A DNA stretch of 64,000 nt from Dendrobates tinctorius. Lineage: Eukaryota. Numbering within the stretch: the stretch's first letter is position 1; each line of letters opens with the position of its first letter. Shown piece by piece: positions 13,831 through 24,683 of the stretch. The notes below the pieces were generated by a model. It saw nothing but the letters and a program-made list of their open reading frames with translations. It had not been told where the DNA came from and did no database searches. The stretch covers positions 4,464,001 through 4,528,000 of the forward strand of contig NW_027361959.1 in the NCBI RefSeq assembly GCF_039654945.1, in the 5' to 3' direction. A program made the position numbers and the translations under genes.

Positions 13831-13904
13831 GTGAGCAATGATCCATGTGATCCTTACATCAATAGGTGTCTATCAGATTATTTTCTTGTCTCTTGTTACC
13901 ATCC

Positions 13905-14200
13905 TAGTTGAAAAAAAAAGGACAGTAGGTCCATCACGTTATACCTTCCTTGACCGTCCATATCACTAGATTATTTATACCCCACAATGTAATTTATGGT
14001 GAGAAAATCATCCAGACCCTTATTAAAAGCTGCGCTAGTGTCTGCCATTACTACCCTCTTGTGTTCAGCATTTCACAGTCTCACTGCTCTAACTGTAAAG
14101 AACCCTTCTCTATTTAGAGGCCAGAATGGCCTTTGCCCCCTTGTAATTTGTAAGGTCTTTGAAAAGAATGTCATGTGTTTGTATTGACCGCACATATATT
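13905..14200 (-). mobile_element. CR1 LINE 3' fragment in fut11 intron 1
   Basis: Minus strand reads ~GFFTVRAVRL*NA...VVMADT..AFNKGLD, matching the CR1 ORF2 C-terminus. Confidence 0.65.
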
Positions 14201-15030
14201 TAGTGCCTTGAAAAAGTATTGATGCCCGTGAACTTTTCCGCATCGTCTCACATTACACCCACAAACGTAAATGTATTTTATTGGGATCTTATGTGATATA
14301 TTAACACAAAGGAGCAAGTGTTTGTGAAGTTTAAAGGCAATGAATGATACATGGTTTTCTATATATTGTAGAAATTTAAATCTGAAAATTGTGGCGTGCG
14401 TTTGTATTCAACCCCCTAGTCAATACTTTGTTGGACCATTTTTCACTGCTATTACTGCTGCAATTCTTTTGGAGTATGTCTCTACCAGCTTTGGCATCTA
14501 GAGGTTGACATTTGTGCCTATCCTTTGCAGAGTAGCTCTGCGATTGGATGGTGACGTTTGTGAACAGCAATTTTCAAGTCTTGCCAAAGATTCTCAATGG
14601 GATTTAGGTCTGGACTGTGACTGGGCCGTTCATACACATCAATATGCTTTGATCAAAACCATTCAGTTGTAACTCCGGCGATATGTTTAGGGTCTTTCTC
14701 TTGCTGGAAGGTGACCCTATGCCCCCGACTCAAGTCTTTCGCATCCTCTAGCAGATGTTGCTCTAGGATTGCCCTCTATCTGGCTCCATCTATGTTCCCA
14801 TCAACCCTGACCAGCTTCCCTATCCCTTTTGAAGAAAAGCATCCCTACAACATGAGGCTGCCACCACTATATTTGACAGTGAGGATGGTGTTTTCAGGGT
14901 GAAGTGCAGTGTTAGTTTTTCACCACACACAGTGTTTTACATTTAGCCCAAAATGTTCTACTTTGGTCTCATTTGACCAGAGCACCTTCTTCCACATGCT
15001 AGCTGCAAACAAGACTTCTTATGGCTTGCT
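14201..15030 (-). mobile_element. Decayed Tc1/Passport-like fragment in fut11 intron 1
   Basis: AGTGCCTTGAAAAAGTATT terminus; sequence parallels 9469-10200 (GACCAGAGCACCTTCTTCCACAT etc.). Confidence 0.8.
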
Positions 15031-15640
15031 TTAAAAAATTACCATATTTTTCAGATTATAAGACGCATGCGTCTAACAATCCAAGGTTAGATTACCGGGG
15101 GGTCGGTGGCGGTAGAGTGTGGTCACAAGGAGGGCCGGTCACAACTTCAGAAGGCCAGGGTTAGAACTGGGGTGATGCTACGGTGCCTGGGCACTTATTA
15201 GATGTTGGCGCCGGTGAGCGGAGTCCCCTTTCCCATTCAGTTTCCTGTGGTGGGCTTTGGGAAAATCGCGGCCGGAGAGGGCGCATTCACAGATTGAGCT
15301 CTCGGGAGATCTCAACAGCTGACAGAGCATGCCACAATTTTTTTCCTATTATTTTTGTACAAAATTAGACAAAAAGACCTCCTCAATATGAACTGGGAGC
15401 TTATCGAGGTCCATGCAGTAAAGTGAGAACCTTATTATGGCACCGTACAAGATGGAGCCATAATAAGGCAGTGTGCATAAGGCCTTAGATGGCGATATAC
15501 AGTTACATTTCTATGGGCCCTTGGCTATCGAATGTATGAAGGTGTTCTCCCCTACAGGCATTGAATCTAAATGCCATACATATGCAGCCATACAATACAC
15601 ATCTTTAAACTCTGAATTAATTATTTTTTTTCATATCTAG

Positions 15641-16266
15641 ATTGACTCGTATGGTCAATGTTTAAAGAACCGCCAATTCTCAAGCAAGAGACTTGAGGAC
15701 ACTTCAACGGCCACCACAGAAGATGGAGAGTTCATGGCGTTTACTGCAAGATACAAGTTTCACTTGGCAATGGAAAATGCTATATGTGCTGATTATATGA
15801 CAGAGAAGTTATGGCGGCCCATGCACATAGGGACAATTCCTATTTATAGGGGATCTCCTTCTGTTCAGGACTGGATGCCCAACAACCATTCCATTATATT
15901 AATTGATGACTTTGCAACACCAAAGGAGTTGGCTGAGTTCATCATTTCTTTGGACAGGGATGATGACTTGTACCTCAGATACTTAGAGTACAAGAAGCCT
16001 GGTGGGATAGTAAACAGGCTGCTGCTGGCCAGTATGGAGAGCCGAGAATGGGGAGTGAATGATATGACCGCCCCAAACTACCTCAATGGCTTTGAATGCT
16101 TTGTGTGTGATCAGGAGAATGACAGAGCCAAAGCGGAGAAGAAGCATAAGAAAACCCAGGGGAAAAGTCCGGCTCCAGTGCCACACATTGCTGGGAATCA
16201 TCACATGGGATGTCCCATGCCGGTGCCCGGTCTCGGAAGTGCAGAAGAACTCCCGGAAAATGACAG
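15641..16266 (+). CDS. fut11: fut11 coding exon 2 (626 bp)
   Basis: Acceptor tcatatctag|; [10 protein letters not shown]...[23 protein letters not shown] (GT10 motif)...[11 protein letters not shown]; donor AG|gtaacc, phase 2. Confidence 0.96.
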
Positions 16267-17855
16267 GTAACCAATGAATGCGAATAGCAGTGAAATATAG
16301 AAAGTGGTTACTTCTATGGACTATGTGAGCTGTCTCTAAGGGCAGACGGTCATAGATTCTCTCATCCAAGAGAATCGGGTCGATTATGCAAATGACACTC
16401 TGATCAAACTTGAGTATAAACACAGTGTGTTACAATTCTCTCAGATGAGGACAAGATGGAGAAAAAAATGTCTCCCTCTTCTCCATTCTGTCAGTGCACG
16501 GAAATTGGACTGCACTCAGATATCATCCAAGTGCAGTCTGATGGTTTCCATGAACTCATCGATTTGCATGGCCGAGTGTGATCTGAATATCAGCTCAAAC
16601 TACCAAACATAGGAATGCAGCAATTTACTTTTACTCAGGACATTGTGTCCGAGGGAAAAAAACAGACATGTGCACGGCCCCATAGACTAACATTTGTCTG
16701 AGTGCTATATAATGTGTTGTCTCCCCTAAAAAGCTCTCATTAAATGAAGCTGGAGAAGAAAAATGTCCTCGAAGCAAAATGGCCAGTTGGCTGATCCCAG
16801 ACTAATAACCCCCTTTCCAATGCTCAGCTTTAACCAGCACCAGGAGGGAAAGTGGTGTGGACAATCTCTGTCTAGTCTGCTTTTCATGTAGGCACCCTGT
16901 CATTTAGAGGGGGTACCATGGCAGTTGTGACATTAATGTAACTTGTTATGGAGACAAGGGCAAATAGATAAAAATGAGAAAAACAGTTAATTTTTATTTC
17001 ATAAATCAACAGTACACATAAAAATCATACATTTTGTAATATATCTTATCAGAGAAATTAGCTTTGATCTTCTCCTGGATTGATCTTTCACCCTCAATTC
17101 ATGGATAAAATCTATATTCAGGAGGAGCTGGAGGCAGACAGACATTCTGCTGCTAGGTCTGAGACGACGCTTACACTTCTCCATAGAACTTTATGAGCAC
17201 CAACTGTCATATCCTTTTCCCATTTCATTTAATAGCTAGCAGCTGTAATGTTTGTTTTTACTGAATACAGATTTTACCCATGAATTGTGAGCTTTGGGAA
17301 TGAAAGATCAGCCCAGGAGGAGAAAGAAGCAGATTTCTCTATTAAGATTAACACCTAAAAGAACTGCAGAATTGCGCTTTTTTTTTGCCGCAGTTGGAAT
17401 TTTTTTCTTGCTTTGAAGTAAATCACTTGATAAAATGAATGCTGTCATTCAAAAGCGCAACTCGGCCTGTAAAAAATATTTAAAAAAAACTTATGGCTCT
17501 TGGAAGAATGGGAGGAACAAATTAAAGCACAAAACCAGAGTTTCTCAGTTGGGAAGGAGCTAATGGTAGACATGCATGAAACATGTGCTGCAGCTGGATC
17601 TCTCTGATATTATTTCCTAAAATATATATGGGTATAATCTAGGTAAATGTTTGAAACATTCTGGTGTTTCTGTTTTTGGAGAACAGCACTCCGCTCCTGT
17701 GTGTGTATCCTTGAAAGGTTGTGCAAATATTTGCAGATACACATAAGTGAGAGCACCACGCCTCCCCGTCATAGGAAACACAGCTGGCATTCTCTCATAA
17801 AGCTTGGTCAAGAAAAAATAGTCTTTTTCCTTGAGATGAAATCTCCTATGGTTAA

Positions 17856-18328
17856 AGGGAATCTGTCTGCAGGATTTCACCCCCCAAAACTACTTATATG
17901 AGCATGTAGCTCTTTCAAAGACAAGTCCAGCAATACCTTTACATGGCCAGTCTGTTCCTCCGTTACTGAGAAATCGGCATTTGAAGTGATATTCAAAGAG
18001 GCTGCAGTACTATGGTAGATCTGGAGCTTCTGTCACTCCAGCTCTTTTCCCAGCCCAGCGCCACCTCCTCCTGCTTGAGTGAAAGGCTTTATGATGTGTG
18101 ACTTCAGGTAAATGAGCTGTGAGTCAACTAGGAGGAGGCAGCGCTGGGCGGGATATAGAGCTGGAGTGACAGAGGCTTTAGATCTACTATAGCCATTTGA
18201 ATATCAATTTAAATACTAATTTCCAAGGAACATACTGGCCATTTAAATGTATAGTTGGACTTGTCTTTGAAAGAACTATATACTCATATAAATACTTTTG
18301 GGGGTGAAATTCTGCTGACAGATTCCCT
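17856..18328. mobile_element. Kolobok/T2-type palindromic MITE in fut11 intron 2
   Basis: TTAA|AGGGAATCTGTC...GACAGATTCCCT|TTAA; the two halves are imperfect reverse complements. Confidence 0.85.
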
Positions 18329-19228
18329 TTAAGGATGTATTCACACTGCGTTCAGGCACCGCTCTGAGTATAGAGAGCAGCGGCCCTGACTGACAGCCGG
18401 CCCTAATGCAGAACCAGTATCAGTCAGGGCTGGAGGCGCGGTTACAGCGGCCGCTCTGTTCAGAGAGGTGACTGAACCCGCGCCGGCACCGCTCCTGTCA
18501 CCGAAAATGAATGCTGCTGGGGGAATGAAGTTCATTTTCTTCCTGCGACGTCAGACTTAGAGTGGGAGCTGGCCAGGAGAGTCACGCTATTAACCTGTAG
18601 ATTAACCCCAAATATCTGCAAGTTGATAGCGGTATTTCTGATGACAGGTTCTCTTTAAATAGGCTTTCAAGGGTTAAAGAGGTTGTCCATTTTTAGAAAA
18701 CTTTGTTTCAAAGACTGTAGTAGCTCCAAAAAAAACCTAGAATTACTTACCCTCCCAAGATCTCTGTCAGTGCCCCGTCTCTGTTGATTATCTGCAGTGG
18801 TGACATAATTTTGACAGCACTGCAGCCAATCACTGAGCTCAGTTTCGCTGCCTTTATAGACCACGAAATCTCACTGACTGGCTGCAGTGCTGTCCATGTG
18901 ATGTCAGCGGTGCAGACAAACAACAGAAAACGGGGCAGTAGCAGAGAGCCGGCTGAGATCCGCTGCAGCCTATGAAGCAAAGTTTCCTGAAAAAGGGACA
19001 ACTTTCTTTTTTATTTGTGCAGGGATGCAAGGGACGATATCAGTTTCTCAAATTCATCAACGCACTGATAAAAGGTAAAAGGGAATGTCCACTACTGGAA
19101 AACCCCTCCATAAAATTTCTACTCTTATGAATAAAATAGAAAAACTGCATCTTTTCCTCCAGAACAGGCACTATATCATTGATTTCTGCACTTGGTGATT
19201 GACTGCAGCCTTCACTATTCTATAATGG

Positions 19229-20281
19229 TGACACAATTATGCTCCTACCTGCTAGAAGTGATGTTGTTCAGAACATCAAAATTAATGGGTAACTCCCCAT
19301 AAACATGGAAACCCTCATAGAAAATCGGAGTCAATCAACCCAACAAAAACCACTTTTCAAAATCACATCAGTAAAACATACATTTTTATTAGTGCACATT
19401 TCTTACAAAAATATCAATTTAAACAAAATGAGTCAGTATCAAGGTGGAGACATAATAGAGAGACAAATAAGGTACCAGGTGGAAACACCTATCAATATTG
19501 AACCCCTCAACCAAGAAGGGGAAAACATTGTAACACCCTAATTGGGACATAGGGGAGGGTGAAATGGGAGCAAAAAATTCCTTTATGTAGACATTTTTAT
19601 ATGAACCACCTTCACTGGTGTGGGAACAGCACATGCCATAGTCACCAATAAATTCAAAAAAATATGTAAGGGCAAAATCATAGCCCAAGGTTGTTCACAC
19701 ACACAGAAAGGTGAAAAGGAGTAATAGTCCTATACCTATGCTCCCATTATGACAAACACCTCACCCACCATCCCTAGTCAGGGAACCGCTAAAGTGCTAT
19801 TGATAGTGCAAAAAGTACATCACCTTACCCATGAAGGGTCCTAGAGAGCCTCTCTACTGCCCGACGCGTTTCGCCCTGCTGGGCTTCCTCGGGGGGCTGT
19901 GTGGGCTATGATTTTGCCCTTACATATTTTTTTGAATTTATTGGTGACTATGGCATGTGCTGTTCCCACACCAGTGAAGGTGGTTCATATAAAAATGTCT
20001 ACATAAAGGAATTTTTTGCTCCCATTTCACCCTCCCCTATGTCCCAATTAGGGTGTTACAATGTTTTCCCCTTCTTGGTTGAGGGGTTCAATATTGATAG
20101 GTGTTTCCACCTGGTACCTTATTTGTCTCTCTATTATGTCTCCACCTTGATACTGACTCATTTTGTTTAAATTGATATTTTTGTAAGAAATGTGCACTAA
20201 TAAAAATGTATGTTTTACTGATGTGATTTTGAAAAGTGGTTTTTGTTGGGTTGATTGACTCCGATTTTCTATGAGGGTTTC
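19229..20281 (-). mobile_element. Penelope-like element (PLE) pLTR-only insertion with inverted duplication
   Basis: 16-bp TSD CACTATTCTATAATGG (19213-19228 / 20282-20297); 382-bp inverted arms 19306-19687 / 19902-20283; hammerhead motif in the spacer. Confidence 0.8.
19858..19897 (-). ncRNA. Minimal type I hammerhead ribozyme motif (PLE-type)
   Basis: Minus strand: gcccc-CCGAGGA-a-GCCC agca GGGC-GAA-ACGCGU-C-gggc. Core is CUGANGA with U>C, stem II, GAAA, palindromic stem III ACGCGU, GUC site. Confidence 0.75.
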
Positions 20282-20625
20282 CACTATTCTATAATGGCGG
20301 ACCCCCGCTGTAATGGAATAGTGAAGGCTGCAGACAATCAGTGGTCGGTGATTGGCTGCAATGATCATGTAATAGCTAGGAGACACAGCACAGCGGAACG
20401 GTGCTTCCCTGGGGGGAAATACGCAGTTTTTGTACTTGTTGCATCAGAGTGGAGTTACTTCATTATCCAATGCAACTTTTCCTTCATCAATAATTTTCCC
20501 ACCATTGTTCATATTTTTGTAGGTCTGGATTTTCCCTCTTTCAGTTGTCGGTTCTTACCACTGCTCTTTGTTTTATGCATTTTTAATAAAAATCTTATGT
20601 TTTGTGTGTTTTTTTTTCTTTTTAG

Positions 20626-20773
20626 CTGGAAGCAGATGTGGCTACAAGATTACTGGCAAAGTCTTGATCAAGGGGAAGCACTTGCCGCCATGATTCTACG
20701 AAACGAAACAAGTCAGGATAAATTCTGGGATTTCATGCATGAAATGTACATAAAAAGAAACATGAATCACTGA
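20626..20773 (+). CDS. fut11: fut11 coding exon 3 (last); spliced protein 536 aa from ATG 12994
   Basis: Polypyrimidine tract + ag|; phase fits exon 2; (S)[48 protein letters not shown] matches the FUT11 C-terminus. Confidence 0.96.
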
Positions 20774-21742
20774 TAGAGATTTTATACACTTGATGAAACT
20801 TGATATTTTCTAATACCAAAGGTAAAACAATTCTTGAAGGACCTTCACCACCATGACATGTTTGAGTTCTTCCATTGAAGGATGGACATGCTCCTCATGG
20901 TCATTTTTCTACCAAAGCATTTTTATTGCGAAATCTTGAACTTTATTTTGAGACTTTTTTTAGGTTTCTAATTGTCGTAATCCACATTTAATGGTTTTCA
21001 AGAACTTCATCTCTCCAGAATGTGAACATGTGCATTACCCGAAACAAGTGAAGTCATAATAGGCTAAAATATCTGACGTAAAAAGGGATAAGGGTGAATT
21101 TAAAAAATGATGACAGATTGCTAAGGTGACACTTTCTATAGTTGTAGAAAGTAAAGGAAAATGCACAATGCACACAACTCATGTCAGGTGCAACTCCCGG
21201 GGAGAAGGGAGCTCAGACCCCCACAACCAAGCAAGCCCAACACTAAGGCCTTCAGCTACTAATGGCCGTCATTGGCCGCTCTCAGGCTCTTAGGCTATAA
21301 TTTCCTGACTGACACCCAAGTGACGCAGAGAATGTGTAACGGATGAGTTGTTGTCGCACTCTGGGACTCTGAAGGGGTTTCAGTTTTGCATCCACTTTGA
21401 AGGCCACAGTGGCCTCAGCAGTTAGGTGACTGCATGGATGGGACATCAGCACATCTGGCGCTGGACACATTATTTGAGTAAAAAGAATACGTAGCAGCAT
21501 GTTCCTGCATTTAGATGGATAATTGGCATGGATAAAATATAATAGACAACCAAGACCCTGCTGTCAGGAGAAATGGTAACACTGATCCTGGGCATTTAAC
21601 CCATTATATGTCACAGTTAAGACCAATAATGACATATAGGTCAGAGGAAAATATGCCTCGGTTCTGAGATTTGCTTTTGAGCCCAGCCTTTTCTAGTTAT
21701 GTCCCCTGTGTAAGACTTTCCTTAATTTAGAATATCTAATAA

Positions 21743-23306
21743 AGGGCTTGTCCAGGTATTTGTACTTGTTAACCAGTCTACCAGAAAGGTCATCAGTAGC
21801 AGATCAGCTGATTTTTGCTTCAAAATAAATCCCAAATATTTGGCCTAGAAGAATGGCACTTCCCAATAAGCATAACATCCAAAAAGGTCTAAGGAAGCAT
21901 GTAGACATAAAATTACATAGCTTTATTAGAATCAATACCAAAAGACATAGCCAATAGTTAAAATGAGATACATATCCAATATGATACTGCAAGGTACATA
22001 TATTAATTACGGTAATCATAAAATTCAAATAATATTGTGCTAAGTGCTACAATGTAATCAAAGGGACATTCCCATCGATCAAAATGGTAACATATTTAGT
22101 GCTGCAATATGGTCCAAATACCATTACCAAAAAAATGTTCACAATAGTGTGTTCAAAAAACATATATAGCACCAAAAAGACAAGCTATGCCAAGTAATAC
22201 TAATTCTAAAAGGTACCCCCTGAGATAAAGCTAACGCAAAACGCGCGTCGGGGACCGGGATACTGCAAGGTCGTATGTTTCTTATTACTGGGACTGTTCT
22301 CACATGCACTGGGAGTGGTAGCGGTACAATGTATGGGTCCTATGGGCAATTTACACAGGCACTTATGCTGATTTTAGTTTGCTGACCATTCCAGAATGTG
22401 TGTTCTACCATTATAATAGGAACACCGCTAGTTACTTCTATATGTTTAACTATCGCCATGCTGTAGGCATTATCAGTTTGATACAATAGGAGCCCAGCTA
22501 TGTATTTTTCTCCCACTAGCAACCAGCTATTTTCACTATCTTAATATTTGGGGTTGATATTGTTAATACCAACATGGTCCATCTGTTCCTTAATAGGTAC
22601 TGATCTATTTTATGTGTGATTTATGGAATAACTTATGGAATAATACATTTATACCTTTTAGAATTAGTATTACTTGGCATAGCTTGTCTTTTTGGTGCTA
22701 TATATGTTTTTTTAACACACTATTGTGAAAAAAAAAATTTGGTAATGGTATTTGGACCATATTGCAGCACTAAATATGCTACCATTTTGATCTATGGGAA
22801 TGTCCCTTTGATTACATTGTATTACTTTGCACAATATTGTTTGCATTTTATGATTAATATATGTACCTTGCAGTATCATATTGGATATGTATCTCATTTT
22901 AACTATTGTCTATGTCTTTTGATATTGATTCTAATAAAGCTATGTAATTTTATGGCTACATGCTTCCTTAGACCTTTTTGGATGTTTTGATTTTTGCTTC
23001 AGCAAAGGCCAGGTGTATACTACAGCTCTATTCAAAGTGTAGTGGTCGCTGACAGGTCATTGCCGGCATCTGCAGAGTCACAAATCTGTTCTTTTGCATA
23101 AACTGCAGCAGCCGGTGACGGCCGGTAGCAGTTGTCACACCTTGGATGGAGCTGCGCTCACAAACTCCCTTCAACATTTTTACATCAATCAGCTGTGAGA
23201 GCAAAAATCGGCTGATCAGTGGGGGCGCCAGGTGTCAGACCACCACCGATTTGCTATTGTTGACCTATCCTGTAGACCATCAAATACCTATACATGGACA
23301 ACCACT
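21743..23306. mobile_element. Kolobok/T2-type MITE interrupted by a PLE insertion
   Basis: AGGGCTTGTCCA...TGGACAACCACT|TTAA; arms contain GATCAGCTGATTTTTGCT / AGCAAAAATCGGCTGATC. Confidence 0.65.
21823..22987 (+). mobile_element. Second PLE pLTR-only insertion with inverted duplication (older, different family)
   Basis: 14-bp TSD TGATTTTTGCTTCA (21809-21822 / 22988-23001); diverged inverted arms ~21874-22215 / 22652-22986; degenerate hammerhead at 22216-22253 (CCCCTGAGAT...GCAAAACGCGCGTCGGGG). Confidence 0.75.
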
Positions 23307-23317
23307 TTAAGCTTGCT

Positions 23318-23530
23318 TTTATAGAGCCAATCTGCAGTACTTTATACATATTATCATCACTGTCCCCAAAGGGGCTCACAGTCTAGATTCCCTATCAGTA
23401 TGTCTTTGGAATGTGGGAGGAACCCGGAGGAAACCCACACAGACACGGGGAGAACATACAAACTCTAGAATGTTGTCCTTGATCAGATTTGAGCCCAGGC
23501 GCTGCAAGGCTGCTTTATTCTAACCATTGT
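23318..23530 (-). mobile_element. tRNA-derived V-SINE-like element with L2-type tail
   Basis: GGAGGAAACCCACACAGACACGGGGAGAACATACAAACTC is the reverse complement of the V-domain core. Confidence 0.7.
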
Positions 23531-23664
23531 TTTTATTCTAAAAAGGAATGAAGCAACATTGGAGACAGTCGATTAAAAATCTAACATTTTGTGTCACCAG
23601 CTACCAAGCAGACTCATATGTTCCTTCGGTTACAGGCTAAACCATGTAGTGCACTCATACTCAC

Positions 23665-23862
23665 TTATATAGCGACATTAATTCCACAGCGGTTTACAGA
23701 CAGTGTCATTACTGTCCCATTTGGGGCTCACAATCTAGATTCCTTATCAGTAGGTGTTTAGAAACCGGAGAACCTGGAATAAACCCACACAAACACAGGG
23801 AGAACATACAAACTCCCTGCAAATGTTGTCCCTGGTGGTGCTAACCACTGACCCAGGCTGCT
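23665..23862 (-). mobile_element. Second V-SINE-like copy
   Basis: AAACCCACACAAACACAGGGAGAACATACAAACTCC; similar to the adjacent copy. Confidence 0.7.
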
Positions 23863-24508
23863 GCAAATACTCGCTTCCATCTTTCATGTCTTACTGAATG
23901 CACATTAGCAAGACGTAGGGACAGATAACAAACCAAATATGACCACTCAGACTACACGTGGTTTGCCTGTGGTCAGTAGTCACAGGAACACAACTCTGCA
24001 TTAGAGCTGTAGTCACCTAACTGTAGAAGATTTGTAATCAAGACTATTACACCCTGAATGTACCTGTGATGAGCAGGAATGTGTCTTCTCTATTTATAGT
24101 CACACTAGTGGAGATTTAAAAAGCCAAATGTGTCAGAATTGTTTTGCAAATTGTATAAAAAAAAGTGGAGTACATGTGTAATGCCAAATCGACTGTGTGT
24201 TTCGGACACAAGTAATAACTACTGGACCTTCTGTAAATACATTCAAAAAGTATCGAGAAAAAAAAGAAGACTGCACCGTGGGCCATATTTGTGTAAATTG
24301 CACCAAATTTATCATTCAATATTTTGGGGGCAAAGAGATGAATGCTATAGCAGGATTAATAGAGCTCACCCTATTGTGATGGCGCTTCCAGAGGAGCAGA
24401 GGGGTTCAAACTAGGAGTAAAGGGAAAACTTTTTTAGAAAAAAATATCCAACTAGCTTTACCCAAAAACAAAGAAAACTCACTCCAAAGTGCCACTTATG
24501 CAGTTTAA

Positions 24509-24683
24509 GGCCACGTTCACACGATCAGTGTTTGGTATTTCTCATCAGTATTTGTAAGCCAAAACCAGCAGTGGGTGATAACATCCAGAAGTGGTGACGT
24601 GTTTCTATTATCATTTTCCTCTGATTGTTCCACTCCTGGTTTTGGCTTACAAATACTGATGTAAAATACTGATCAAATACTGA
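24509..24683. mobile_element. Harbinger-type palindromic MITE (partial)
   Basis: TAA|GGCCACGTTCACAC; internal arms CAGTATTTGTAAGCCAAAACCAG / CTGGTTTTGGCTTACAAATACTG. A related half-copy lies at ~58205-58260. Confidence 0.65.

Noticed and set aside
13831-13911. C-terminal extension of ORF 12889..13911 (and N-terminal part of 20255..20773)
   Set aside because: Intron read-through beyond canonical splice sites.
19419-20170. Two identical 89-aa ORFs on opposite strands
   Set aside because: By-product of the perfect inverted repeat; no protein-like features.
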